Shown here piece after piece: positions 47,101 to 62,000 of a DNA stretch of 64,000 bases. A model generated the notes under the pieces. It worked only from the letters and a program-made list of their open reading frames with translations, was not told the DNA's origin and made no database searches. Positions within the stretch are counted from its first letter, which is position 1, and every line of letters begins with the position of its first letter. Made by a program: the position numbers and the translations under genes. Source of the stretch: the human T2T-CHM13v2.0 reference genome, Homo sapiens; the NCBI RefSeq assembly GCF_009914755.1, contig NC_060937.1; one strand, 5' to 3'.

Positions 47101-50060
47101 GAAAGTACATCAAATATATATTTTATTCTGTACATAAAATATCAAAGTACACCAGATATATATTCTATAGTGTACATAAAATATCAAAGTACCCAAACTA
47201 TACGTTATATACTGTAAATAAAATATGAAATTACATCAAATATATTTTATATTAGGTACATAAAATATGAAAGTACATCAAATATATATTTTATACTGTA
47301 CATAAAATATCAAAGTACACCAGATATATATTCTATAGTGTACATAAAATATCAAAGTACCCAAACTATACATTATATACTGTACATAAAATATGAAATT
47401 ACATCAAATATATATTATATTAGGTACATAAAATATGAAAGCACATCAAATATAGATTATATACTGTACATTAAATACCAAAGTACCCCAAATATATATT
47501 TTATACTGTACATCAAATATAAAAGTTCACAAACTATATATTATATACTGTACATAAAATATCAAAGTACCCAAGATATATATTCTATACTGTACAAAAA
47601 ATATCAAAGTACCCAAAGCATGTATTATATACTGTACATAAAATATGAAAGTACATCAAATATATATTTTATTCTGTACATAAAATATCAAAGTCCACCA
47701 GATATATATTCTATAGTGTACATAAAATATCAAAGTACCCAAACTATACATTATATACTGTACATAAAATATGAGATTACATCAAATATATATTATATTA
47801 GCTACATAAAATATGAAAGTACATCAGATATAGATTATATACCGTACATAAAATATCAAAGTACCCCAAATATATATTATATAGTCTACATGAAATATCA
47901 AAGTTCACAAACTATATATTATATACTGTACATAAAATATCAAAGTACCCAAGGTATATATTCTATACTGTACAAAAAATATCAAAGTACCCAAAGCATG
48001 TATTATATACTGTATACAAAATATGAAAATACATTAAATATATATTTTATTCTGTACATAAAATATCAAAGTACACCAGATATGTATCCTATAGTGTACA
48101 TAAAATAACAAAGTACACAAACTATAAATTATATACTGTACGTAAAATATGAAATTACATCAAATATATATTAGGTACATAAAATATGAAAGTACATCAA
48201 ATATAGATTATATACTGTACATATATCAATGTACCCCAAATATATATTTTATACTCTACATGAAATATCAAAGTTCACAAACCATACATTATATACTGTA
48301 CATAAAATATCAAAGTACCCAAGGTATATATTCTATACTGTACGAAAAATATCAAAGTACCCAAAGCATGTATTATATACTGTACCTAAAATATGAAAGT
48401 ACATCAAATATATATTTTATTCTGTACATAAAATATCAAAGTACACCAGATATATATTCTATATTGTACATAAAATATCAAAGTACCCAAACTATACATT
48501 ATATACTGTACATAAAATATGAAATTATATCAAATATATATTATATTAGGTACATAAAATATGAAAGTACCTGAAATATAGATTATATACTGTACATAAA
48601 ATGTCAAGGTACCCCAAATATATATTATATACTCTACATGAAATATCAAAGTTCACAAACTATATATTATATACTGTACATAAAATATCAAAGTACCCAA
48701 GGTATATATTCTATACTGTACAAAAAATAACAAAGTACCAAAAATCATGTATAATATACTGTACATAAAATATGAAAGTACATCAAATATATATTTTATT
48801 CTGTACATAAAATATCAAAGTACACCAGATATATATTCTATAGTGTACATAAAATATCAAATTACCCAAACTATACATTATATACTGTAAATAAAATATG
48901 AAATTACATCAAATATATTTTATATTAGGTACATAAAATATGAAAGTACATCAAATATATATTTTATTCTGTACATAAAATATCAAAGTACACCAGATAT
49001 ATATTCTATAGTGTACATAAAATATCAAAGTACCCAAACTATACATTATATACTGTACATAAAATATGAAATTACATCAAATATATATTAGGTACATAAA
49101 ATATGAAAGTACATCAAATATAGATTATATACTGTACATAAAATATCAAAGTACCCCAAATATATATTTTATACTGTACATGAAATATCAAAGTTCACAA
49201 ACTATATATTATATACTGTACATAAAATATCAAAGTACCCAAGGTATATATTCTATACTGTACAAAAAATATCAAAGTACCCAAAGCATGTATTATATAC
49301 TGTACATAAAATATGAAAGTACATCAAATATATATTTTATTCTGTACATAAAATATCAAGGTACACCAGATATATATTCTATAGTGTACATAAAATATCA
49401 AAGTACCCAAAGTATAAATTATATACTGTACATAAAATATGAAATTACATCAAATATATATTAGGTACATAAAATATGAAAGTACATCAAATATAGATTA
49501 TATACTTTACATTAAATACCAAAGTACCCCAAATATATATTTTATACTGTACATGAAATATGAAAGTTCACAAACTATATATTATATACTGTACATATAA
49601 TATCAAAGTACCCAAGGTATATATTCTATACTGTACAAAAAACATCAAAGTACCCAAAGCATGCATTATATACTGTACATAAAATATGAAAGTACATCAA
49701 ATATATATTTTATTCTGTACATAAAATATCAAAGTACACCAGATATATATTCTATAGTGTACATAAAATAACAAAGTACAAAAACTATACATTATATACT
49801 GTACATAAAATATGAAATTACATCAAATATATTTTATATTAGGTACATAAAATATGAAAGTACATCAAATATATATTTTATTCTGTACATAAAATATCAA
49901 AGTACACCAGATATATATTCTATAGTGTACATAAAATATCAAAGTACCCAAACTATACATTATATACTGTACATAAAATATGAAATAACATCAAATATAT
50001 TTTATATTAGGTACATAAAATATGAAAGTACATGAAATATAGATTATATACTGTACATAA
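38145..50060 (+). repeat. Sub-array Y (copy 2), 4636/4803-bp periods
   Basis: 38710->43346, 39833->44469 and 40206->44842 = 4636. 43346->48149 = 4803. Confidence 0.82.
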
Positions 50061-50079
50061 AATATCAAGGTACCCCAAA

Positions 50080-53000
50080 TATATATTATATACTCTACAT
50101 GAAATATCAAAGTTCACAAACTATATATTATATACTGTACATAAAATATCAAAGTACCCAAGGTATATATTCTATACTGTACAAAAAATATCAAAGTACC
50201 CAAAGCATGTATTATATACTGTATACAAAATATGAAAATACATTAAATATATATTTTATTCTGTACATAAAATATCAAAGTACACCAGATATGTATTCTA
50301 TAGTGTACATAAAATAACAAAGTACACAAACTATAAATTATATACTGTACGTAAAATATGAAATTACATCAAATATATTTTAGGTACATAAAATATGAAA
50401 GTACATCAAATATAGATTATATACTGTACATATAATATCAATGTACCCCAAATATATATTTTATACTCTACATGAAATATCAAAGTTCACAAACCATACA
50501 TTATATACTGTACATAAAATATCAAAGTACCCAAGGTATATATTCTATACTGTACAAAAAATATCAAAGTACCCAAAGCATGTATTATATACTGTACATA
50601 AAATATGAAAGTACATCAAATATATATTTTATTCTGTACATAAAATATCAAAGTACACCAGATATATATTCTATAGTGTACATAAAATATCAAAGTACCC
50701 AAACTATACATTATATACTGTACATAAAATATGAAATTACATCAAATATATTTTATATTAGGTACATAAAATATGAAAGTACATCAAATATAGATTATAT
50801 ACTGTACATTAAATACCAAAGTTCCCCAAATATATATTTTATACTGTACATGAAATATCAAAGTTCACAAACTATATATTATATACTGTACATATAATAT
50901 CAAAGTACCCAAGGTATATATTCTATACTGTACAAAAAATAACAAAGTACCAAAAGCATGTGCAATATACTGTACATAAAATATGAAAGTACATCAAATA
51001 TATATTTTATTCTGTACATAAAATATCAAAGTACACAAGATATATATTCTATAGTGTACATAAAATATCAAAGTACCCAAACTATACATTATATACTGTA
51101 AATAAAATATGAAATTACATCAAATATATTTTATATTAGGTACATAAAATATGAAAGTACATCAAATATATATTTTATTCTGTACATAAAATATCAAAGT
51201 ACACCAGATATATATTCTATAGTGTACATAAAATATCAAAGTACCCAAACTATACATTATATACTGTACATAAAATATGAAATTATATCAAATATATTTT
51301 ATATTAGGTACATAAAATATGAAAGTACATCAAATATAGATTATATACTGTACATTATATACCAAAGTACCCCAAATATATATTTTATACTGTACATGAA
51401 ATATCAAAGTTCACAAACTATATATTATATACTGTACATATAATATCAAAGAATCCAAGGTATATATTCTATACTGTACAAAAAATAACAAAGTACCAAA
51501 AGCATGTATTATATACTGTACCTAAAATATGAAATTACATCAAATATATATTTTATTCTGTACATAAAATATCAAAGTACACCAGATATATATTCTATAG
51601 TGTACATAAAATATCAAAGTACCCAAACTATACATTATATACTGTACATAAAATATGAAATTACATCAAATATATTTTATATTAGGTACATAAAATATGA
51701 AAGTACATGAAATATAGATTATATACTGTACATAAAATATCAAGGTACCCCAAATATATATTATATACTCTACATGAAATATCAAAGTTCACAAACTATA
51801 TATTATATACTGTACATAAAATATCAAAGTACCCAAGGTATATATTCTATACTGTACAAAAAATAACAAAGTACCAAAAGCATGTATAATATACTGTACC
51901 TAAAATATGAAAGTACATCAAATATATATTTTATTCTGTACATAAAATATCGAAGTACACCAGATATATATTCTATAGTGTACATAAAATATCAAAGTAC
52001 CCAAACTATACATTATATACTGTACATAAAATATGAAATTACATCAAATATATTTTATATTAGGTACATAAAATATGAAAGTACATGAAATATAGATTAT
52101 ATACTGTACATAAAATATCAAGGTACCCCAAATATATATTATATACTCTACATGAAATATCAAAGTTCACAAACTATATATTATATACTGTACATAAAAT
52201 ATCAAAGTACCCAAGGTATATATTCTATACTGTACAAAAAATAACAAAGTACCAAAAGCATGTATAATATACTGTACATAAAATATGAAAGTACATCAAA
52301 TATATATTTTATTCTGTACATAAAATATCAAAGTACACCAGATATATATTCTATAGTGTACATAAAATATCAAAATACCCAAACTATACATTATATACTG
52401 TACATAAAATATGAAATTACATCAAATATATATTATATTAGGTACATAAAATATGAAAGTACATGAAATATAGATTATATACTGTACATAAAATATCAAG
52501 GTACCCCAAATATATATTATATACTCTACATGAAATATCAAAGTTCACAAACTATATATTATATACTGTACATAAAATATCAAAGTACCCAAGGTATATA
52601 TTCTATACTGTACAAAAAATAACAAAGTACCAAAAGCATGTATAATATACTGTATATAAAATATGAAAGTACATCAAATATATATTTTATTCTGTACATA
52701 CAATATCAAAGTACACCAGATATATATTCTATAGTGTACATAAAATATCAAAGTACCCAAACTATACATTATATACTGTAAATAAAATATGAAATTACAT
52801 CAAATATATTTTATATTAGGTACATAAAATATGAAAGTACATCAAATATATATTTTATTCTGTACATAAAATATCAAAGTACACCGGATATATATTCTAT
52901 AGTGTACATAAAATATCAAAGTACCCAAACTATACATTATATACTGTACATAAAATATGAGATTACATCAAATATATATTATATTAGCTACATAAAATAT

Positions 53001-56000
53001 GAAAGTACATCAGATATAGATTATATACTGTACATAAAATATCAAAGTACCCCAAATATATATTATACACTCTACATGAAATATCAAAGTTCACAAACTA
53101 TATATTATATACTGTACATAAAATATCAAAGTACCCAAGGTATATATTCTATACTGTACAAAAAATATCAAAGTACCCAAAGCATGTATTATATACTGTA
53201 TACAAAATATGAAAATACATTAAATATATATTTTATTCTGTACATAAAATATCAAAGTACACCAGATATGTATTCTATAGTGTACATAAAATAACAAAGT
53301 ACACAAACTATAAATTATATACTGTACGTAAAATATGAAATTACATCAAATATATATTAGGTACATAAAATATGAAAGTACATCAAATATAGATTATATA
53401 CTGTACATATAATATCAATGTACCCCAAATATATATTTTATACTCTACATGAAATATCAAAGTTCACAAACCATACATTATATACTGTACATAAAATATC
53501 AAAGTACCCAAGGTATATATTCTATACTGTACAAAAAATAACAAAGTACCAAAAGCATGTATAATATACTGTACATAAAATATGAAAGTACATCAAATAT
53601 ATATTTTATTCTGTACATAAAATATCAAAGTACACCAGATATATATTCTATAGTGTACATAAAATATCAAAGTACCCAAACTATACATTATATACTGTAC
53701 ATAAAATATGAAATTACATCAAATATATTTTATATTAGGTACATAAAATATGAAAGTACATCAAATATAGATTATATACTGTACATTAAATACCAAAGTT
53801 CCCCAAATATATATTTTATACTGTACATGAAATATCAAAGTTCACAAACTATATATTATATACTGTACATATAATATCAAAGTACCCAAGGTATATATTC
53901 TATACTGTACAAAAAATAACAAAGTACCAAAAGCATGTGCAATATACTGTACATAAAATATGAAAGTACATCAAATATATATTTTATTCTGTACATAAAA
54001 TATCAAAGTACACAAGATATATATTCTATAGTGTACATAAAATATCAAAGTACCCAAACTATACATTATATACTGTAAATAAAATATGAAATTACATCAA
54101 ATATATTTTATATTAGGTACATAAAATATGAAAGTACATCAAATATATATTTTATTCTGTACATAAAATATCAAAGTACACCAGATATATATTCTATAGT
54201 GTACATAAAATATCAAAGTACCCAAACTATACATTATATACTGTACATAAAATATGAAATTATATCAAATATATTTTATATTAGGTACATAAAATATGAA
54301 AGTACATCAAATATAGATTATATACTGTACATTATATACCAAAGTACCCCAAATATATATTTTATACTGTACATGAAATATCAAAGTTCACAAACTATAT
54401 ATTATATACTGTACATATAATATCAAAGAATCCAAGGTATATATTCTATACTGTACAAAAAATAACAAAGTACCAAAAGCATGTATTATATACTGTACCT
54501 AAAATATGAAATTACATCAAATATATATTTTATTCTGTACATAAAAGATCAAAGTACACCAGATATATATTCTATAGTGTACATAAAATATCAAAGTACC
54601 CAAACTATACATTATATACTGTACATAAAATATGAAATTACATCAAATATATTTTATATTAGGTACATAAAATATGAAAGTACATGAAATATAGATTATA
54701 TACTGTACATAAAATATCAAGGTACCCCAAATATATATTATATACTCTACATGAAATATCAAAGTTCACAAACTATATATTATATACTGTACATAAAATA
54801 TCAAAGTACCCAAGGTATATATTCTATACTGTACAAAAAATAACAAAGTACCAAAAGCATGTATAATATACTGTACCTAAAATATGAAAGTACATCAAAT
54901 ATATATTTTATTCTGTACATAAAATATCAAAGTACACCAGATATATATTCTATAGTGTACATAAAATATCAAAGTACCCAAACTATACATTATATACTGT
55001 ACATAAAATATGAAATTACATCAAATATATTTTATATTAGGTACATAAAATATGAAAGTACATGAAATATAGATTATATACTGTACATAAAATATCAAGG
55101 TACCCCAAATATATATTATATACTCTACATGAAATATCAAAGTTCACAAACTATATATTATATACTGTACATAAAATATCAAAGTACCCAAGGTATATAT
55201 TCTATACTGTACAAAAAATAACAAAGTACCAAAAGCATGTATAATATACTGTACATAAAATATGAAAGTACATCAAATATATATTTTATTCTGTACATAA
55301 AATATCAAAGTACACCAGATATATATTCTATAGTGTACATAAAATATCAAAATACCCAAACTATACATTATATACTGTACATAAAATATGAAATTACATC
55401 AAATATATATTATATTAGGTACATAAAATATGAAAGTACATGAAATATAGATTATATACTGTACATAAAATATCAAGGTACCCCAAATATATATTATATA
55501 CTCTACATGAAATATCAAAGTTCACAAACTATATATTATATACTGTACATAAAATATCAAAGTACCCAAGGTATATATTCTATACTGTACAAAAAATAAC
55601 AAAGTACCAAAAGCATGTATAATATACTGTATATAAAATATGAAAGTACATCAAATATATATTTTATTCTGTACATAAAATATCAAAGTACACCAGATAT
55701 ATATTCTATAGTGTACATAAAATATCAAAGTACCCAAACTATACATTATATACTGTAAATAAAATATGAAATTACATCAAATATATTTTATATTAGGTAC
55801 ATAAAATATGAAAGTACATCAAATATATATTTTATTCTGTACATAAAATATCAAAGTACACCGGATATATATTCTATAGTGTACATAAAATATCAAAGTA
55901 CCCAAACTATACATTATATACTGTACATAAAATATGAGATTACATCAAATATATATTATATTAGCTACATAAAATATGAAAGTACATCAGATATAGATTA

Positions 56001-59000
56001 TATACTGTACATAAAATATCAAAGTACCCCAAATATATATTATACACTCTACATGAAATATCAAAGTTCACAAACTATATATTATATACTGTACATAAAA
56101 TATCAAAGTACCCAAGGTATATATTCTATACTGTACAAAAAATATCAAAGTACCCAAAGCATGTATTATATACTGTATACAAAATATGAAAATACATTAA
56201 ATATATATTTTATTCTGTACATAAAATATCAAAGTACACCAGATATGTATTCTATAGTGTACATAAAATAACAAAGTACACAAACTATAAATTATATACT
56301 GTACGTAAAATATGAAATTACATCAAATATATATTAGGTACATAAAATATGAAAGTACATCAAATATAGATTATATACTGTACATATAATATCAATGTAC
56401 CCCAAATATATATTTTATACTCTACATGAAATATCAAAGTTCACAAACCATACATTATATACTGTACATAAAATATCAAAGTACCCAAGGTATATATTCT
56501 ATACTGTACAAAAAATAACAAAGTACCAAAAGCATGTATAATATACTGTACATAAAATATGAAAGTACATCAAATATATATTTTATTCTGTACATAAAAT
56601 ATCAAAGTACACCAGATATATATTCTATAGTGTACATAAAATATCAAAGTACCCAAACTATACATTATATACTGTACATAAAATATGAAATTACATCAAA
56701 TATATTTTATATTAGGTACATAAAATATGAAAGTACATCAAATATAGATTATATACTGTACATTAAATACCAAAGTTCCCCAAATATATATTTTATACTG
56801 TACATGAAATATCAAAGTTCACAAACTATATATTATATACTGTACATATAATATCAAAGTACCCAAGGTATATATTCTATACTGTACAAAAAATAACAAA
56901 GTACCAAAAGCATGTGCAATATACTGTACATAAAATATGAAAGTACATCAAATATATATTTTATTCTGTACATAAAATATCAAAGTACACAAGATATATA
57001 TTCTATAGTGTACATAAAATATCAAAATACCCAAACTATACATTATATACTGTACATAAAATATGAAATTACATCAAATATATATTATATTAGGTACATA
57101 AAATATGAAAGTACATGAAATATAGATTATATACTGTACATAAAATATCAAGGTACCCCAAATATATATTATATACTCTACATGAAATATCAAAGTTCAC
57201 AAACTATATATTATATACTGTACATAAAATATCAAAGTACCCAAGGTATATATTCTATACTGTACAAAAAATAACAAAGTACCAAAAGCATGTATAATAT
57301 ACTGTACCTAAAATATGAAAGTACATCAAATATATATTTTATTCTGTACATAAAATATCAAAGTACACCAGATATATATTCTATAGTGTACATAAAATAT
57401 CAAAGTACCCAAACTATACATTATATACTGTACATAAAATATGAAATTACATCAAATATATTTTATATTAGGTACATAAAATATGAAAGTACATGAAATA
57501 TAGATTATATACTGTACATAAAATATCAAGGTACCCCAAATATATATTATATACTCTACATGAAATATCAAAGTTCACAAACTATATATTATATACTGTA
57601 CATAAAATATCAAAGTACCCAAGGTATATATTCTATACTGTACAAAAAATAACAAAGTACCAAAAGCATGTATAATATACTGTACATAAAATATGAAAGT
57701 ACATCAAATATATATTTTATTCTGTACATAAAATATCAAAGTACACCAGATATATATTCTATAGTGTACATAAAATATCAAAATACCCAAACTATACATT
57801 ATATACTGTACATAAAATATGAAATTACATCAAATATATATTATATTAGGTACATAAAATATGAAAGTACATGAAATATAGATTATATACTGTACATAAA
57901 ATATCAAGGTACCCCAAATATATATTATATACTCTACATGAAATATCAAAGTTCACAAACTATATATTATATACTGTACATAAAATATCAAAGTACCCAA
58001 GGTATATATTCTATACTGTACAAAAAATAACAAAGTACCAAAAGCATGTATAATATACTGTATATAAAATATGAAAGTACATCAAATATATATTTTATTC
58101 TGTACATAAAATATCAAAGTACACCAGATATATATTCTATAGTGTACATAAAATATCAAAGTACCCAAACTATACATTATATACTGTAAATAAAATATGA
58201 AATTACATCAAATATATTTTATATTAGGTACATAAAATATGAAAGTACATCAAATATATATTTTATTCTGTACATAAAATATCAAAGTACACCGGATATA
58301 TATTCTATAGTGTACATAAAATATCAAAGTACCCAAACTATACATTATATACTGTACATAAAATATGAGATTACATCAAATATATATTATATTAGCTACA
58401 TAAAATATGAAAGTACATCAGATATAGATTATATACTGTACATAAAATATCAAAGTACCCCAAATATATATTATACACTCTACATGAAATATCAAAGTTC
58501 ACAAACTATATATTATATACTGTACATAAAATATCAAAGTACCCAAGGTATATATTCTATACTGTACAAAAAATATCAAAGTACCCAAAGCATGTATTAT
58601 ATACTGTATACAAAATATGAAAATACATTAAATATATATTTTATTCTGTACATAAAATATCAAAGTACACCAGATATGTATTCTATAGTGTACATAAAAT
58701 AACAAAGTACACAAACTATAAATTATATACTGTACGTAAAATATGAAATTACATCAAATATATATTAGGTACATAAAATATGAAAGTACATCAAATATAG
58801 ATTATATACTGTACATATAATATCAATGTACCCCAAATATATATTTTATACTCTACATGAAATATCAAAGTTCACAAACCATACATTATATACTGTACAT
58901 AAAATATCAAAGTACCCAAGGTATATATTCTATACTGTACAAAAAATAACAAAGTACCAAAAGCATGTATAATATACTGTACATAAAATATGAAAGTACA

Positions 59001-62000
59001 TCAAATATATATTTTATTCTGTACATAAAATATCAAAGTACACCAGATATATATTCTATAGTGTACATAAAATATCAAAGTACCCAAACTATACATTATA
59101 TACTGTACATAAAATATGAAATTACATCAAATATATTTTATATTAGGTACATAAAATATGAAAGTACATCAAATATAGATTATATACTGTACATTAAATA
59201 CCAAAGTTCCCCAAATATATATTTTATACTGTACATGAAATATCAAAGTTCACAAACTATATATTATATACTGTACATATAATATCAAAGTACCCAAGGT
59301 ATATATTCTATACTGTACAAAAAATAACAAAGTACCAAAAGCATGTGCAATATACTGTACATAAAATATGAAAGTACATCAAATATATATTTTATTCTGT
59401 ACATAAAATATCAAAGTACACAAGATATATATTCTATAGTGTACATAAAATATCAAAGTACCCAAACTATACATTATATACTGTAAATAAAATATGAAAT
59501 TACATCAAATATATTTTATATTAGGTACATAAAATATGAAAGTACATCAAATATATATTTTATTCTGTACATAAAATATCAAAGTACACCAGATATATAT
59601 TCTATAGTGTACATAAAATATCAAAGTACCCAAACTATACATTATATACTGTACATAAAATATGAAATTATATCAAATATATTTTATATTAGGTACATAA
59701 AATATGAAAGTACATCAAATATAGATTATATACTGTACATTATATACCAAAGTACCCCAAATATATATTTTATACTGTACATGAAATATCAAAGTTCACA
59801 AACTATATATTATATACTGTACATATAATATCAAAGAATCCAAGGTATATATTCTATACTGTACAAAAAATAACAAAGTACCAAAAGCATGTATTATATA
59901 CTGTACCTAAAATATGAAATTACATCAAATATATATTTTATTCTGTACATAAAATATCAAAGTACACCAGATATATATTCTATAGTGTACATAAAATATC
60001 AAAGTACCCAAACTATACATTATATACTGTACATAAAATATGAAATTACATCAAATATATTTTATATTAGGTACATAAAATATGAAAGTACATGAAATAT
60101 AGATTATATACTGTACATAAAATATCAAGGTACCCCAAATATATATTATATACTCTACATGAAATATCAAAGTTCACAAACTATATATTATATACTGTAC
60201 ATAAAATATCAAAGTACCCAAGGTATATATTCTATACTGTACAAAAAATAACAAAGTACCAAAAGCATGTATAATATACTGTACCTAAAATATGAAAGTA
60301 CATCAAATATATATTTTATTCTGTACATAAAATATCAAAGTACACCAGATATATATTCTATAGTGTACATAAAATATCAAAGTACCCAAACTATACATTA
60401 TATACTGTACATAAAATATGAAATTACATCAAATATATTTTATATTAGGTACATAAAATATGAAAGTACATGAAATATAGATTATATACTGTACATAAAA
60501 TATCAAGGTACCCCAAATATATATTATATACTCTACATGAAATATCAAAGTTCACAAACTATATATTATATACTGTACATAAAATATCAAAGTACCCAAG
60601 GTATATATTCTATACTGTACAAAAAATAACAAAGTACCAAAAGCATGTATAATATACTGTACATAAAATATGAAAGTACATCAAATATATATTTTATTCT
60701 GTACATAAAATATCAAAGTACACCAGATATATATTCTATAGTGTACATAAAATATCAAAATACCCAAACTATACATTATATACTGTACATAAAATATGAA
60801 ATTACATCAAATATATATTATATTAGGTACATAAAATATGAAAGTACATGAAATATAGATTATATACTGTACATAAAATATCAAGGTACCCCAAATATAT
60901 ATTATATACACTACATGAAATATCAAAGTTCACAAACTATATATTATATACTGTACATAAAATATCAAAGTACCCAAGGTATATATTCTATACTGTACAA
61001 AAAATAACAAAGTACCAAAAGCATGTATAATATACTGTATATAAAATATGAAAGTACATCAAATATATATTTTATTCTGTACATAAAATATCAAAGTACA
61101 CCAGATATATATTCTATAGTGTACATAAAATATCAAAGTACCCAAACTATACATTATATACTGTAAATAAAATATGAAATTACATCAAATATATTTTATA
61201 TTAGGTACATAAAATATGAAAGTACATCAAATATATATTTTATTCTGTACATAAAATATCAAAGTACACCGGATATATATTCTATAGTGTACATAAAATA
61301 TCAAAGTACCCAAACTATACATTATATACTGTACATAAAATATGAGATTACATCAAATATATATTATATTAGCTACATAAAATATGAAAGTACATCAGAT
61401 ATAGATTATATACTGTACATAAAATATCAAAGTACCCCAAATATATATTATACACTCTACATGAAATATCAAAGTTCACAAACTATATATTATATACTGT
61501 ACATAAAATATCAAAGTACCCAAGGTATATATTCTATACTGTACAAAAAATATCAAAGTACCCAAAGCATGTATTATATACTGTATACAAAATATGAAAA
61601 TACATTAAATATATATTTTATTCTGTACATAAAATATCAAAGTACACCAGATATGTATTCTATAGTGTACATAAAATAACAAAGTACACAAACTATAAAT
61701 TATATACTGTACGTAAAATATGAAATTACATCAAATATATATTAGGTACATAAAATATGAAAGTACATCAAATATAGATTATATACTGTACATATAATAT
61801 CAATGTACCCCAAATATATATTTTATACTCTACATGAAATATCAAAGTTCACAAACCATACATTATATACTGTACATAAAATATCAAAGTACCCAAGGTA
61901 TATATTCTATACTGTACAAAAAATAACAAAGTACCAAAAGCATGTATAATATACTGTACATAAAATATGAAAGTACATCAAATATATATTTTATTCTGTA

